NCBI RefSeq assembly: GCF_018977255.1
Contig: NW_024704742.1
Span: 33,730,001 to 33,794,000, forward strand
Source of the DNA: Callorhinchus milii
Taxonomy: Eukaryota
Direction: 5' to 3'
DNA length: 64,000 nt
Position 1 is the first letter of the stretch. The number at the start of each line of letters is the position of its first letter. Made by a program: the position numbers and the translations under genes. Below are positions 38,354-50,241 of this stretch, one piece after another. The notes below the pieces were generated by a model. The model did not search any database and was not told the origin of the DNA. It saw only the letters and a list, made by a program, of their open reading frames with translations.

Positions 38354-39361
38354 CTGGATTGGCAAGACAAAAATATTTGGCAGAAGAATTACTTATAGTG
38401 TAGAATATGTACAGCACACTCAATTGAATGAGAATCTACTGCAGAGTGGAACAGGACTGTACCTCTCTTTGAATTGGGCAACTATATGATTTTGCATTTA
38501 TAGGATCTCAGAAACCATCTGAAGAGATCAGCTCACATGATTTTAAAGGGGAAGGTATAGGCAGAAGAAATGAATTGGTGTAGGCAAAACTAAAAGAAGA
38601 ACTATATGCTTTCCCTGGCATTGATCTTAAATATTTTGTTATCTTTGTCTCTTATGAGTCTCCTCAATAATTACGGGTATAAGGCAGCTTCGAAGCAAAA
38701 GCTATGGGCTCTTTACATGTCATGGCGAAAGTCATGGGTATAATTTTTTTTTTACTTGCGATGACTTGGCCCGGGGGTGGGGGAGGATGTTGGGAGTAAA
38801 CAGTATAGCAGTATTTTTTAGCTCCATTAGATGTATTGCAAATTCTGGAACTAGCAAACAGAAACCGTGTTTCTGTGAGTTCTCAGTAGACTAAAATCCC
38901 AACGAGCAAAAAGGGTAGTTTTAGTTGCAAGGCCGCTTGACACAGTTAAGGTCATTTTGATCTGTTCTTAGTCAGGCTTCAAACTAAATGACATAAGGAT
39001 TTTTTTTTGCTATGTTTGGCAATTGATGTATTGCAGACCTCTTTGCCTTGCTTGACCATTCCAAATCACTTTACCTAAAGGTTGATCTCAAAGATCTTTT
39101 TCAACATCAATCCTCTGGAATTCCCCGTGGGCAACAACTTGGGCCAATCTCCTGCCAGTGACAAGATTATATTTTGGTTTCATGAATGTCAAAATTGAGC
39201 TTGTGTCCAAGTGGAAATCCAGAAGGTTGATCTCACCTGCATATTTCCAGGATTTGCTACTTACAAATCATTTTGCAAATATTGCAAATTAGACCCCAGT
39301 AAGCCAGCACTGCCTGCTGGAGGAGAAGTTTTTTTTGAGGGGGATTCGAATATGAGGTGTG

Positions 39362-39992
39362 AAGAACAACAACAACAACAAGATTCCATTTATAAAGCGC
39401 CTTTCACGTCAGGAGGACGTCCCAAGGCGCTGCACAGTTGGGTCATGACCCGAGCAGGGGGGAAATGGTCAGGGTGAGGGGAGGGAAGGGAGGGAGCGAG
39501 GAGGGGGGAAATGGTGAGGGGAGGGAAGGGAGGGAGCGAGGAGCGGGTAAATGGTCAGGGTGAGGGGAGGGGAGGGAGCGAGGAGGGGGTAGAGAGTCGA
39601 GAGGGGAGCTGAAGGCACGGTCAAAGAGAAAGGTTTTGAGACCGGCCTTGAAGGAGGAAAGGGAGGAAGCAAGGCGAAGGCACTGGGGGATGGAGTTCCA
39701 GAGCCTGGGGGCTGAGAGGCTGAAGGCCCGACCAGCGATGGTAGGGCGGTTGGGGCGGGGGACGTGGAGCAGACCGGAGCCAGAGGAACGGAGGGTACGG
39801 GCAGGTAGGTAGGGGGATAGTAGGTTGGAGAGGTAGGAGGGAGCAAGGCCGTGAATGGCCTTGTAGGTGAGGATGAGGATCTTGAAATCAATCCTCTGGG
39901 GGATGGGGAGCCAGTGGAGGCGAGCGAGGGTGGGAGTGATGTGGTCCCGAAGCCTGGTGCGGGACAGTACACGAGCTGCAGAGTTCTGAATG
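39362..39992 (-). mobile_element. L2-clade LINE 3' fragment
   Basis: QNSAARVLSRTRLRDHITPTLARLHWLPIPQRIDFKIL...RTLRSS...AFSLSAPRLWNSIP, followed by a GC-rich UTR and a (TTG)n tail. Confidence 0.9.
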
Positions 39993-40041
39993 AGAAGGAA
40001 AGAAAGAAGAAGGAAACTATAAATGATGTAAGGATAAGTAC

Positions 40042-40195
40042 CTTCCCAGTATTTGTTCCTGATGTAGGAAGCGTATTTCCAAAGCAGTCCTCTGGGCTCC
40101 CGCTTTTTCAACAGAAAAAGGCTTCCCAATATAAACCAATGTTTCCTGAGCTGTCCAAGTGTCTGTTTTCTTACCATATTTAAACAGCAGAGCCG
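40042..40195 (-). CDS. ALPK1: ALPK1 coding exon (154 bp), alpha-kinase domain
   Basis: [52 protein letters not shown]; boundaries cacag|...|gtactt. Confidence 0.92.
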
Positions 40196-40614
40196 CTGTG
40201 AAAACACAATGTTAGATTTTCACAATCAAGTACAAATGTAGAAAAAGATTTTGTTTTTGGTCTGCTGGGTATCTGACACATTCAGAAACCCAATCACCAT
40301 GCTTCAGAGTATCCAAGCCAAGCTGAAAATTCCATGCATCTCACCTACACATGGAAATTCCAGAGATGTTTACTGGAATGGAAATGTGCACTCTCCCTGG
40401 AGGGACATATCTTGCTTACCTAATTCCAGAAAGTATTAGGTATAGGGTAGTAAGAGGAAAGGATTGGGGACCCCAAAGTGCGAGTTTGGGTACTCCAGAG
40501 TCTCACCAGCTAAAATCACATAGCTTGCCATTGAGAGCACTGCCTGGCAAGCTTTCCCGCTGCTCATTCAGCTAGGACCACCCTACCCATTAGGGCTTTG
40601 CGTTATAGGTTTCA

Positions 40615-40895
40615 CAGGAGTTGTGCATAGCAATGTCCCACAAAAGGGCCACAAAATGAATGACCAGTTTAAAGAAACTGGGGAGCATGCCTGAGAGAAA
40701 CTCCCTTCTTTTTTCAAATAAGCTTTCATATCCACCTGGGACATCGTTTGACATCTCATCCAAAGGACAGCAACTCTGACAACACACCCCAGCACTGCAA
40801 TGGAGTGTCAGCCTCGATTATGAGCTCAATATTCCGATGTGAGGCTTGAATCCACAACCTTTTGGCTCAGAGCCGAGAGTGCTACCAACTGAGCA
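40615..40895 (-). mobile_element. Deu-type SINE (family B)
   Basis: The reverse complement starts gctcagttggtagcactctcggctctgagccaaaaggttgtggattcaagcc and continues gctgacactccattgcagtgctgggg. Confidence 0.75.
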
Positions 40896-41141
40896 CTTTT
40901 GGAATTGTCCTTTTGAAGCTATAACCCCTATGTTCTTAAATTTTCTACATGGCAATAAACATAGCTCCACTTAAATGTTCTAAATGTGACAACATTTTAA
41001 ATGCCTCCATCAAGCCCCCACAGTAATTTGTCTATTCATTCTGAGAGAAGAATTTTAAGAGACTTTATAGTGGAAACTAGTTTAATTCAATTAAGATTCA
41101 CCCTTTCCTGTTTGATAAATAAAGGTGTATAACTAACTTAC

Positions 41142-43365
41142 TGTAGACATTTTTAAGTTCATCAGGGGGAAAGACTCCAGTTCCTTTAAGTCGCTGTATC
41201 AAACTGTCGTGATTTATGCCTGCGAAGAACCTTTTGTAATCTGCTTCTGTTAAAACACGTCTCTCAAATGTCTGGTTCCTCTTTGAAAGATACTCAAAGG
41301 ATATGCTACTCGAACTCAGAGAAACACTCATATAGTCAAGATCTGAGCCGCTGCTGGAAAAAAATGGTGATTTGCACCATGATTGAAAAGAGGAGCTGGA
41401 GTTATGACTCCTGTTGAGAACTTGGTTATTCAACCTGTCCCCCTCATCTTCACTGTCTGCTTCTGTTGATGCTGTTTCATTGCAATCTTTGTTTGCTTCC
41501 TTTGGAGGCAGGCATTGAGCAGAGCTCTTGTTTCTTTGGTCGTCACAGTGCTTTTGGTTCTCCTGCTCCTTGCCGCCATTATCTAAGTATTTAGGTAAGA
41601 TCTCAAATACTCCTGCTGTGGTTGGAAGATTACTGTTGCTGGTGCTTTCTTCTGTGTCTGCAACAGTGTCTGCTGCAGAGTCAACCAATGATTCAAAAGA
41701 GCTGCTTTTCTCTGATAAGGATCCATTTTGCATCTTGGAAAGCCTTGCAACATTTATGCCAACTGAGATGGTATTTGCCATGCTGGAACCTGGTTGAGAA
41801 CTACAGGAAGACTGAACGTGCCCATGTTTACTGGCGTTTAGAAGCATCTTGTTATTGATATCACCTTCAAAAGCATCAGCACTTTCTATGGCTGGGTCAA
41901 CCATCTCAAATGAGCCAGTTTCTCGTGAAAATGATGAATTGGTTTTCCGAACACTCACAGCAGGGGAATCTTTATTGCTGGTTGTATGATTTGGGTCAGA
42001 GGTAGATGGAAAGTGAGAACTTTGATCAGAGATCTTTATACACAGACCCATGTCCTTACTCTCATTGTTCTTATGTGTAGACTTAGCAGTAAAGTTCACC
42101 ATTTCAAATGACCCAGATTCTCTCGAGGAGGAAGACGAAAGGCTTTTCTTCACTTTTTCTGCACTAAAATCGCCAATAGAGCAGGCAGAAGAGGGGCTAA
42201 CTCCATGCTGTAAAGATAACTGAGAGACCGGTTGAGTGATTGACTGCAAGGTACTATTTTGTAAATGAGAACCTTTGATGTCTTGATTGTGGCTGTTTGG
42301 CTGTTGCTCCCCAACATCCTCAGTCAAGGCTGTGGAGCACTGTGTGTCCAAAGTGCGCAGACGTTGATTCTCTCCAACCCGAGACAAACTACAGCATTCA
42401 TTGCTGGTTACTTTCTCCCAGCTGTTGGGAGATTCTGAGCCTGATACTCTCATCCAGGATTCTGCAGAGTAGCCTTGGTTGTCACTCTGGAACTTCAGAC
42501 AATCTTTGTTGTCACTGTCTCTGTACTCTGGCATTAAATTTTCACATTCTGCTTTGGCATCTGTTGACACATTTGGTGGGTCATTTCCTAAAGAGCAATG
42601 GGGAGATCCACTGTCTTCCGAGGGGTCTGTATTTTGTTTCTCGGATTTGCTTGCAGTTGATTTGCTTCTCACTTGCTGCACTTTTCCACCGTGTTGCCTG
42701 TCGATTGGCCCTTTAGGCACAGGATGCGGTGGAAGAACAAGTCCTCTGGGATGGGGTGCGTTTGATTTAGAAACTGCAGTATCAAGTTCCTTTGTATCGG
42801 TTTTCAAAGCAGTGATACAGGCATACGCCGAGGCCTCACTGTTATCTTTTCCTTTTCTGCAAGCATTTTGAAATACCGTACATATTGTCGTGTGATATTG
42901 TGAATGTTTTTCAAGGACCTTGTTAAAGGTCATCCTTCCCTTGACTATGGGCTTATCCCAATATATTGTGTAGTGGTCTGGGACATAGGACTTGCTGTCA
43001 GAATTACAGAGATCTTTTATCTGTAAATGCACTTTGATTTTGTTGACCAGTGTCATGATTTCCCCTGCCAAGGTTTCCTGAGCTTGAGCGCTATACAGGT
43101 ACAGCTTCTGCATGGCTTCTTTACACATCTGTCTCATCTTTTTATGTCTTTCACAGTCTCCTGTGAGCCATTTTTGCACAGTTGCAAGAGAGAAAGCTGC
43201 TTTAACAAGTCCATGCAGCTCTTGCATACTAGTGACCACTTCACCATCTCTCTTGGTAAGAAGGCCTATTTCAAAGGCCTCTTTTGCTTGTGAAAGGTAA
43301 CACTGTTTTTCCTCCGGGCATTCATTCTTAAAACTGTATGACAGAAGACATGTTCCACAAATGTT
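41142..43365 (-). CDS. ALPK1: ALPK1 large coding exon (2224 bp): end of the N-terminal domain, Ser-rich disordered linker, start of the kinase region
   Basis: Starts NICGTCLLSY...AKEAFEIGLLTKRD, contains DTQCSTAL and ends ...RLKGTGVFPPDELKNVY. Covers ORF 41098-43239; boundaries tccag|...|gtaagt. Confidence 0.94.
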
Positions 43366-44221
43366 CTGGAGAGAGAAATGAGTTCAAACTGAAGCAATTT
43401 CATAATTTCATTGATGTTGTTCTGGTAAAAGTTTAGGGTATTCATTCCATAATCAGGCAACATTTATGTCCTCAACCGGTCAAAGGTAAAATCTATCAAA
43501 CTGATCATAATTATATTCAAATAATGTAAACATTTTCAAGCTTTGTAAGCTTTGTTTTTTTTGGAGAGACAGTGGGTGGGGGTGGGGTGGGGGAGGGTCT
43601 GTTTTTTATTGCAATATGCAAAATAATTATCAAAAACAATGGAAACTCTTATAGAAGATGGAATCAATGAATCAGTAGAAAACATGCACTAACTGTAGTG
43701 AAAGGGATGGGAGCCATGGAGTGGCTTGGAAGCTAATTGGCAGGGTCCTAAACACTGACTGTCCAGCGCCTTGAGATTTCCTCCTGACGTAAAAGGTGCT
43801 ACACAAATGTAATATTGTTTTTGTTGTTGTTTATGCTTTCCCAATTTGGGTGATCCAGGTCAGCTACCACATTAAATCAGTTTCCAAATCTTTTTAATGA
43901 AAGGGACCTTTTTTCTTAATATTTGGAAATTAGCTTGTCAGGTCCCTCATTCGAAAGAGAACTCTGATACAGATCAGTCATGAAGTTATCATGCATACCG
44001 AGGAAAACAGATGGGCTGTACAGTTTGTTCTGGGTTAGAGAGGATCAGTCAATCTCTCTGCTCTTAATCACTATCCAAAACCAATGCTGGAAGGTGTGTA
44101 ATGTTGGTTGAGACCAGGATTGGGCTGGGCTCTGATAGTCCCCAACATTGGAAATCTTTCCAACACTTACTGTCAAAACTCACAAATGAATAACAGGCCC
44201 CACAGTTAATACCATACTCAC

Positions 44222-44326
44222 CATGTTTGTGAGGACAAAGAGTGGGTTGTATTGACTGAGCACAGCAGCCAATTTAGCTGCTTCTGCGGCTGACAGCAAT
44301 CGATGAGCACATTCCTCCAGCAGAAT
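44222..44326 (-). CDS. ALPK1: ALPK1 coding exon (105 bp)
   Basis: [35 protein letters not shown]; boundaries tccag|...|gtgagt. Confidence 0.92.
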
Positions 44327-44739
44327 CTGGAAAAGGCAAATCAGGCGGAGTTACCTCAACTACTGAGACAACTGTACCTTTGTGTCGCAGGTTATAATAT
44401 TTCATGAATAACAAAATGCGTGATTTCAGGGAAGTTTCAACTCAACTCTACAAATACCCAGTAATTATAAACTTCACAGTAAAATCCTATGAAGTGCTTT
44501 TAGACATCTCCACAATATGATAAGGCATAATATCAAATGCAAGGATTATTATGTTAGAAAATTTAAGGGAAGCCAATAGACATCCTGTTGGCTACAGTGC
44601 ACAGATAAGGTTCCTGAATCTCCTAACAAACATTAGAACTTGTGCTACTGATGTCAGCCCCATCTTTATAATTACTCAACAGAAAAAGGTTTCCTGTGAA
44701 AAGTTCCTTTTGATTTTGAATAGGCTTTAAAATATCCAT

Positions 44740-45030
44740 TCACAAGATTGTTTGGATGAAGGAGGCCTTTCAAACCAACCAATCTCATGCCTCCAGAACA
44801 CCCACCCTACCATCCCTCCATTACTGCATCGAGCTGCTTTTTAAATGAATCCAGTGACCTAACTTCCACCACCTTTCCTGGTAACCTGTTCCACTCATTG
44901 ATTACGCTTGGAGTAAAGAAAAGCTTCCTGGCATCTGTCCTGAAACTGTCCTTTACAACTTTAAACCTATGTCCTCATATTCTACTAACTCATTGCATCC
45001 CGAAGTATTGATCTGGGTTTACTTTTTCAA
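44740..45030 (-). mobile_element. CR1 LINE 3' fragment
   Basis: The reverse complement encodes ...FFTPSVINEWNRLPGKVVEV...FKKQLD, typical of a CR1 ORF2 end. A related fragment lies at about 46915-47170. Confidence 0.7.
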
Positions 45031-45202
45031 TCCCATTCTACAACAACAATTGTTCAAATGGTGGAGCAGGCCAGACCAGCTGATTATGATCTTGCTATTT
45101 ATCAGCAGTCTAATTGCTGGCACCACAGCACGGTCCCAATACTTTAAAACCCCTTGGATTTTATATGAAACAGTCCGGATTTCAGGGCTAGCAATTCTTT
45201 AC

Positions 45203-45298
45203 CAAGTCCGTCTGAAGATGATGTTTAAATCGGTTGTAATCCTTATCACTCATTGAAACCAGGATATCAGCCAGGATTCCCAATGAAGTGGAAATTCC
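45203..45298 (-). CDS. ALPK1: ALPK1 coding exon (96 bp)
   Basis: [32 protein letters not shown]; boundaries tacag|...|gtaaag. Confidence 0.92.
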
Positions 45299-45575
45299 CT
45301 GTAATTATAAATACATTTATACATTTATAGAGACATTTTTAGCACCAATTTACAATACAGATGTCAACCTTGTTCATTCCTTTGCTGTGCCCACATTTTG
45401 TCTTAGGGAAAGGAGGATGGAAATTCTGTCAGGTTTCCTGTTTGCCTACAAAATGCAGAATTACTACACTTGACAGCAAATTACTGTGAAGTGTTTTGAG
45501 ATGTCTTCTTGAAATGATAGTCGTTATTTCAAATGCAAGAATTATTATTATTAATAAAACTTATTACCAACAAAC

Positions 45576-45652
45576 CTTTTTATCCGGGTGAGGAAGTTCA
45601 TAAAACCCCACTATAGAAGCCCAGGTCAACTCCGCAGCTTCATACCATAATC
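45576..45652 (-). CDS. ALPK1: ALPK1 coding exon (77 bp)
   Basis: [26 protein letters not shown]; boundaries tccag|...|gtttgt. Confidence 0.92.
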
Positions 45653-46254
45653 CTGGAAATCACCAGAAAAAGTAACACAAAAATATTAAGAGGCTCCATG
45701 CTTTTGCTCTGAACATGAATGTTACCTCACAGCACATACAATCACTGTAAATACAGCACAAATCCCACTCTCTGTCCCCGAGTGAACACATCATATTATT
45801 CCTTGTCATCTACAAAGCAGAAGCAAGTTTTATTTTGTGTGCAAAACATTTAGAAAAAAGTGAAGTTATCATGTTTCAAAATTAATGATTGTAGGGCTTG
45901 GCTGGAGCAAATTAGCTTCAAAATAGGCTTCTAAGAAATTATGTCTAGATCTCTTTATTAAACCTCTTAATTATGTCTCATTCAAGAATCAGAACATTGT
46001 GGCAGAGATTCAGCTTGTATGTTCTAATTGCAAATAACATTTGGATCAAGAATGAAGAAAACACTCAATTGCATTTGTAAATCTTTGCAAAACTGGCCTT
46101 CTCCTTCCTATATCTAAAGTGGTGAAATTTGGGACTTGCAATGTTTTAGATGTCACCAATGATAAGCATCATATCACTGATAAACGTGGTCAATGAGACC
46201 ACTTTATAACAATATTGACTCCTCATTCTCCTCATTCCATCAAGATAAGCAAAA

Positions 46255-46452
46255 GGCAAAATACTACAGACACTGGAAATATGAAATAAAAACAGAGGTC
46301 GCTGGGAATGCAACAGGTCAGGAGGCATCTGAGGAGAGAGGAAAATTAGTTAACGTTTCAGGTCTGTGACCTTTCGTCAGACTTTTCTGATGAAGGGTCA
46401 TAGAACTAAAACATTAATTCATTTTCTTCTCTCCATAGATGATGCCTAACCT
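46255..46452. mobile_element. Penelope-like terminal remnant forming a long hairpin
   Basis: Arms ggcatctgaggagagagg...gttaacgtttcaggtctgtgacctttcgtcag and ctgatgaagggtcatagaac...ctctccatagatgatgcc. Half-copies at about 55-145 and 580-680. Confidence 0.6.
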
Positions 46453-46524
46453 ACAGGATAGATAAGCACCTTCTCCAATAGAGCACTAATGACTCAAAAT
46501 CCATACATTTCACTTCAATCTTAC

Positions 46525-46611
46525 CGAGTTTCTGCAGAATCTGTCCCCTGATCTGAAGACTAACAGCCTGGACAAGTACACAGTCACTTTGTTTCTCATA
46601 GACCCAAGTTC
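46525..46611 (-). CDS. ALPK1: ALPK1 coding exon (87 bp)
   Basis: [30 protein letters not shown]; boundaries tgcag|...|gtaaga. Confidence 0.93.
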
Positions 46612-47712
46612 CTGCAGATAACAATGTGAACAATTAAAGAAAACACCAAATAAGATAATTCCAAATGCATTTTTTCCATGTTTAGAGGGAATGTATTTGA
46701 TTATCCACTAGTTATGAAAGAATATATGGGATAAGTTTGTTGGGTTTATACTGTTTAAAAGGATAATTATCATCATGCGATAAATTTCAGCAGCAACAAT
46801 TATTACAAGGACATCATTTATGATCGCTTTTTCCTTAAAATTAAACAACAGCCTGGAGTGCAGAATAACTGCTCACTTTTTTTAAAGTTCAGTCAGTCTT
46901 GGGTAAAATCACAAGATACCAAGATTGGTTTGGATGAAGAAAGCTCTTCAGCTCAGTTGACCTCATCTTTCCTGGAGACCCACTCTACTATCCTCCCATG
47001 ACAGCAACAAGCTGTTCTTTGAATGAGTCTAGTGTCCTGGTCTCACCCATCCTTGTTCTGCTGTCTTGGTGCATCCAAAAATATTGTTCTGAGTTTTCGT
47101 TCTCATACCCATTTGAAATCTTATACACCACTAAGGTCCCTTCTGAGACGTCTCTTTACAAGACTGCAGGGTCCAAACTTTATTTATTAACCAATGAGGC
47201 TAAGAGATTACAATCTGGAATTATAGCAGCTAGAACAGCATGTAACTTTGTTTTTTTATTCCATAATTAATTTTCAGCCACAAAGTAGTGAAGAAGGACA
47301 AAATCTATGCTCACCTTAGCTCTGAAAAAAAAATTTCTAACCCCGGAAGATAATTCAATCCCCATGACTGTTTGTGGGACACTGCTGTGCGCAATTGTCA
47401 CATTTCGGCTACAAAATATACAGTCAATTCACTTTGCAGTACATTCTGTGAAGCGCTTTGAGAATTCTCAATAATGAAATAAGTTGCTATATCAAATGCA
47501 AGGATTATTATTACTGTGTGTTTTCATTTTCTATCCGTTTACAGCAATATGTATGAACATCTGTCCAAGATACTTTGGCTCAATGTCTTGTATTCTTCAG
47601 CACTTCAATTGAAGCTGAGCAGAGAGAGGATCAAAGACTAGATGGTGGAAATCTAAAGCATAGTTTATTGATTCCATCAATCACTAATTGTTAGCTCGAA
47701 ATGATCACTAAC

Positions 47713-47772
47713 CTGTTGCCCCGGTGTTATTTATGAGGCTGCTCAGGATGTATTCGGCTTTCAGAAGTTTAC
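47713..47772 (-). CDS. ALPK1: ALPK1 coding exon (60 bp)
   Basis: GKLLKAEYILSSLINNTGATG; boundaries aacag|...|gttagt. Confidence 0.92.
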
Positions 47773-50042
47773 CTGTTGGAAATTTAAAAATTGCACTCAA
47801 GTTAAAAAGCATTCAACAATAACACTCAAATGTTTCTGTATGGAGCAATGTATGGAGCCTCTGTGCTCCAGTGTAATAATGAGGGCTAAACCTTTGAAGT
47901 TATGTACATCCAAGCTGCTCTTTATTCAATAGGGTTTTGGAGACTGCTGAAAACTCCTGCACTGCCACTAAGTTGCGAGCATGGCTAGCATTTTCAGCAG
48001 GAGCTGAACAAAGGTCTGTACAGTGTAAAATGATATATGTTTAGTACTTACTATATTTGGTATATGTTTAGTACTTACTATATTACATATAGTACAATTT
48101 ATTGTGCAACAAAATTCATTACAATTGCCTCGTTTAAGAAATACACCCAGGTAGCAGAACAAGAGGGCACAAAATAAAGTGAAGGAAGTATTTTTTTCGT
48201 GAGGAATTGACAGCTGCATTGGGTAAGGCAGGACAGTAAAAGTCAGACATTGGCCTCGTTTAAGAAACAACTTGATGGTATCATGGGAAAATGAGTTGGT
48301 AGTGGATATTCTAGAAGAAAGAGGTTCTTCATCTGAACCTCTTTGTGATCTTGCGAACACAACACATCAACACTAAATGTGTGATTCCTATTCCAAGGGA
48401 ATCTATGGGATTCCTGGGAAGGCAGCTGAAGGGACCAAACAGCAGATAGGGAATTTAATTTTTTTTTCGAAAAATATCTAATTTAGTGCCCCCAACAACA
48501 AATAATGCTTTTATTTTAGTCTTTAAACCTAGCCAGATTTTGGAAGTGTGAAGGCAATGATTTTTAGTCTGCTCAAATCGTCTGTCACACACCACCACCA
48601 CCAAACAACAACTTACATTTATATAGCGCCCTTCACACAACGTAGTATCCCAGAGCGCTTGGAACCCACTGACGGACTTGAGTATCCAAACCAGACTTAA
48701 GATTCCTACAAAAAATTAACTTTTGTATAATATTGCACAACGATTGCCAAATTTTTTTAAAAGATAGAATTAATTTTTTGCTGAATAGCTAAATAATTGG
48801 TAAAATCGTTAAAATCGATTTTTTTGAATCCTAAAAGTTGCAAAGAGAACAATTGGCATAACCTTCACGGCACCACTGGAAACAGTGCCCGTGATGTAAA
48901 CTGAACTTTCTCAAGTGAATCCCCCTTTTGTCTCTCCCTCCCTTCTAATAAATCACGTCAACTTGCGAGACCTCATCTCTGATCCACCATTCTTGGCAAC
49001 CGGTCTCGCAAGTCAGCATGATGTCCCCAAATTTCCTGTTAGAAAATAAAGTTTTCATCACAATTTGGCCCATCATGCCTGTGCCGGCTTATTGAAAGAC
49101 CTACGAACTAGTCCCACTCCCCTGCTCTTACCCCATAGCCGTGCAAAATTTGCCTTTTTAAGTATCTATCTAATTCCTTTTTGATTAATCGACGTTTTGC
49201 TTCAAAAATTAAATATTCAATAGATATTCCAATATCTTTTTAAAAAACAAACTTCAAATTATTGCTTTCCTCAGTAGTTCTTTGAAGTAACTTCAATTCC
49301 AGCAATTGGTTGTAATACAATTATTTTCAATTCCCTCTTTACAAGTCAGTACGTTTAATATAAATTAAAGGGAGTCCTAAAGCACTTTTCATTGTGTTAT
49401 CGTAGTCGTCTTCCACATGCCATTACGCTGGACAATGGTAAATCATAGCTAACAATCTCTAAAAACTAAAACAGCAGTGCTCATTATTGACGCCATACAC
49501 TTGGCAATTCAGCAGCGTATTGGAACAACAAAGCGGTGAACACTTTATGTGATTCAGGTAGCTGCAGAGCGTAATGAAACAGATCGGGTTACTTCAACCA
49601 GCCAACAGCTGTATTGTTTGCATAGTCAAGTGGCTATCCTGAAAAAATAGTGGAGACGATGAAAGAGATAGGGACAGAAGCGAAAGAGTGCCAGAATGCT
49701 AATCTATTTTATTAAATTCTTAATAATCACTGATCGGGAGTATAGCAATTCAGGCAGCTCCCGTTTGAAATCGGCAGGGTACATTTATGAGGGAACAAAG
49801 GTACCAATTAGTGTTTTCCACCCCATTCACAATCACCCGACCCTTTTGGCTCTAAATCCCTTTCTTTGGGAGCCTTTGTGTCTGTTCATCAGGGTCAGAG
49901 TTGGGTTTGAAAAGATGGCACTATGCTCTCAGTGGAATGCCATTCCTCCCAATGGAACAAAATGTCCTCTAGATTAGTCAAGTGGTTGTTAATTGGAGTT
50001 TAGCCACAGAGGCAGACAAAGATCAACAGGGAGTTACGTCAC

Positions 50043-50241
50043 CTGAATTTACAGAGACTCGAGCCTGGCGAAGAACCACCTGTGGCGCAATTGGTGTTGC
50101 AAGGCAACGCTTGTGGAGACCCTTGGCAACCTGCAGAAGTTTGCTGGACGCATCAACCCAGTACACAAACCTGTCAATCAAAAAGACTGTGGCAGCTGCA
50201 GAAGTGTAGTCTGCAAGTGAGATGGCAGCTTTCAGAAAAAC
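50043..50241 (-). CDS. ALPK1: ALPK1 coding exon (199 bp)
   Basis: [67 protein letters not shown]; boundaries cacag|...|gtgacg. Confidence 0.93.

Noticed and set aside
39443..40207. 254-aa ORF as a novel gene
   Set aside because: Chance read-through of an out-of-frame ALPK1 exon into an L2 LINE fragment.
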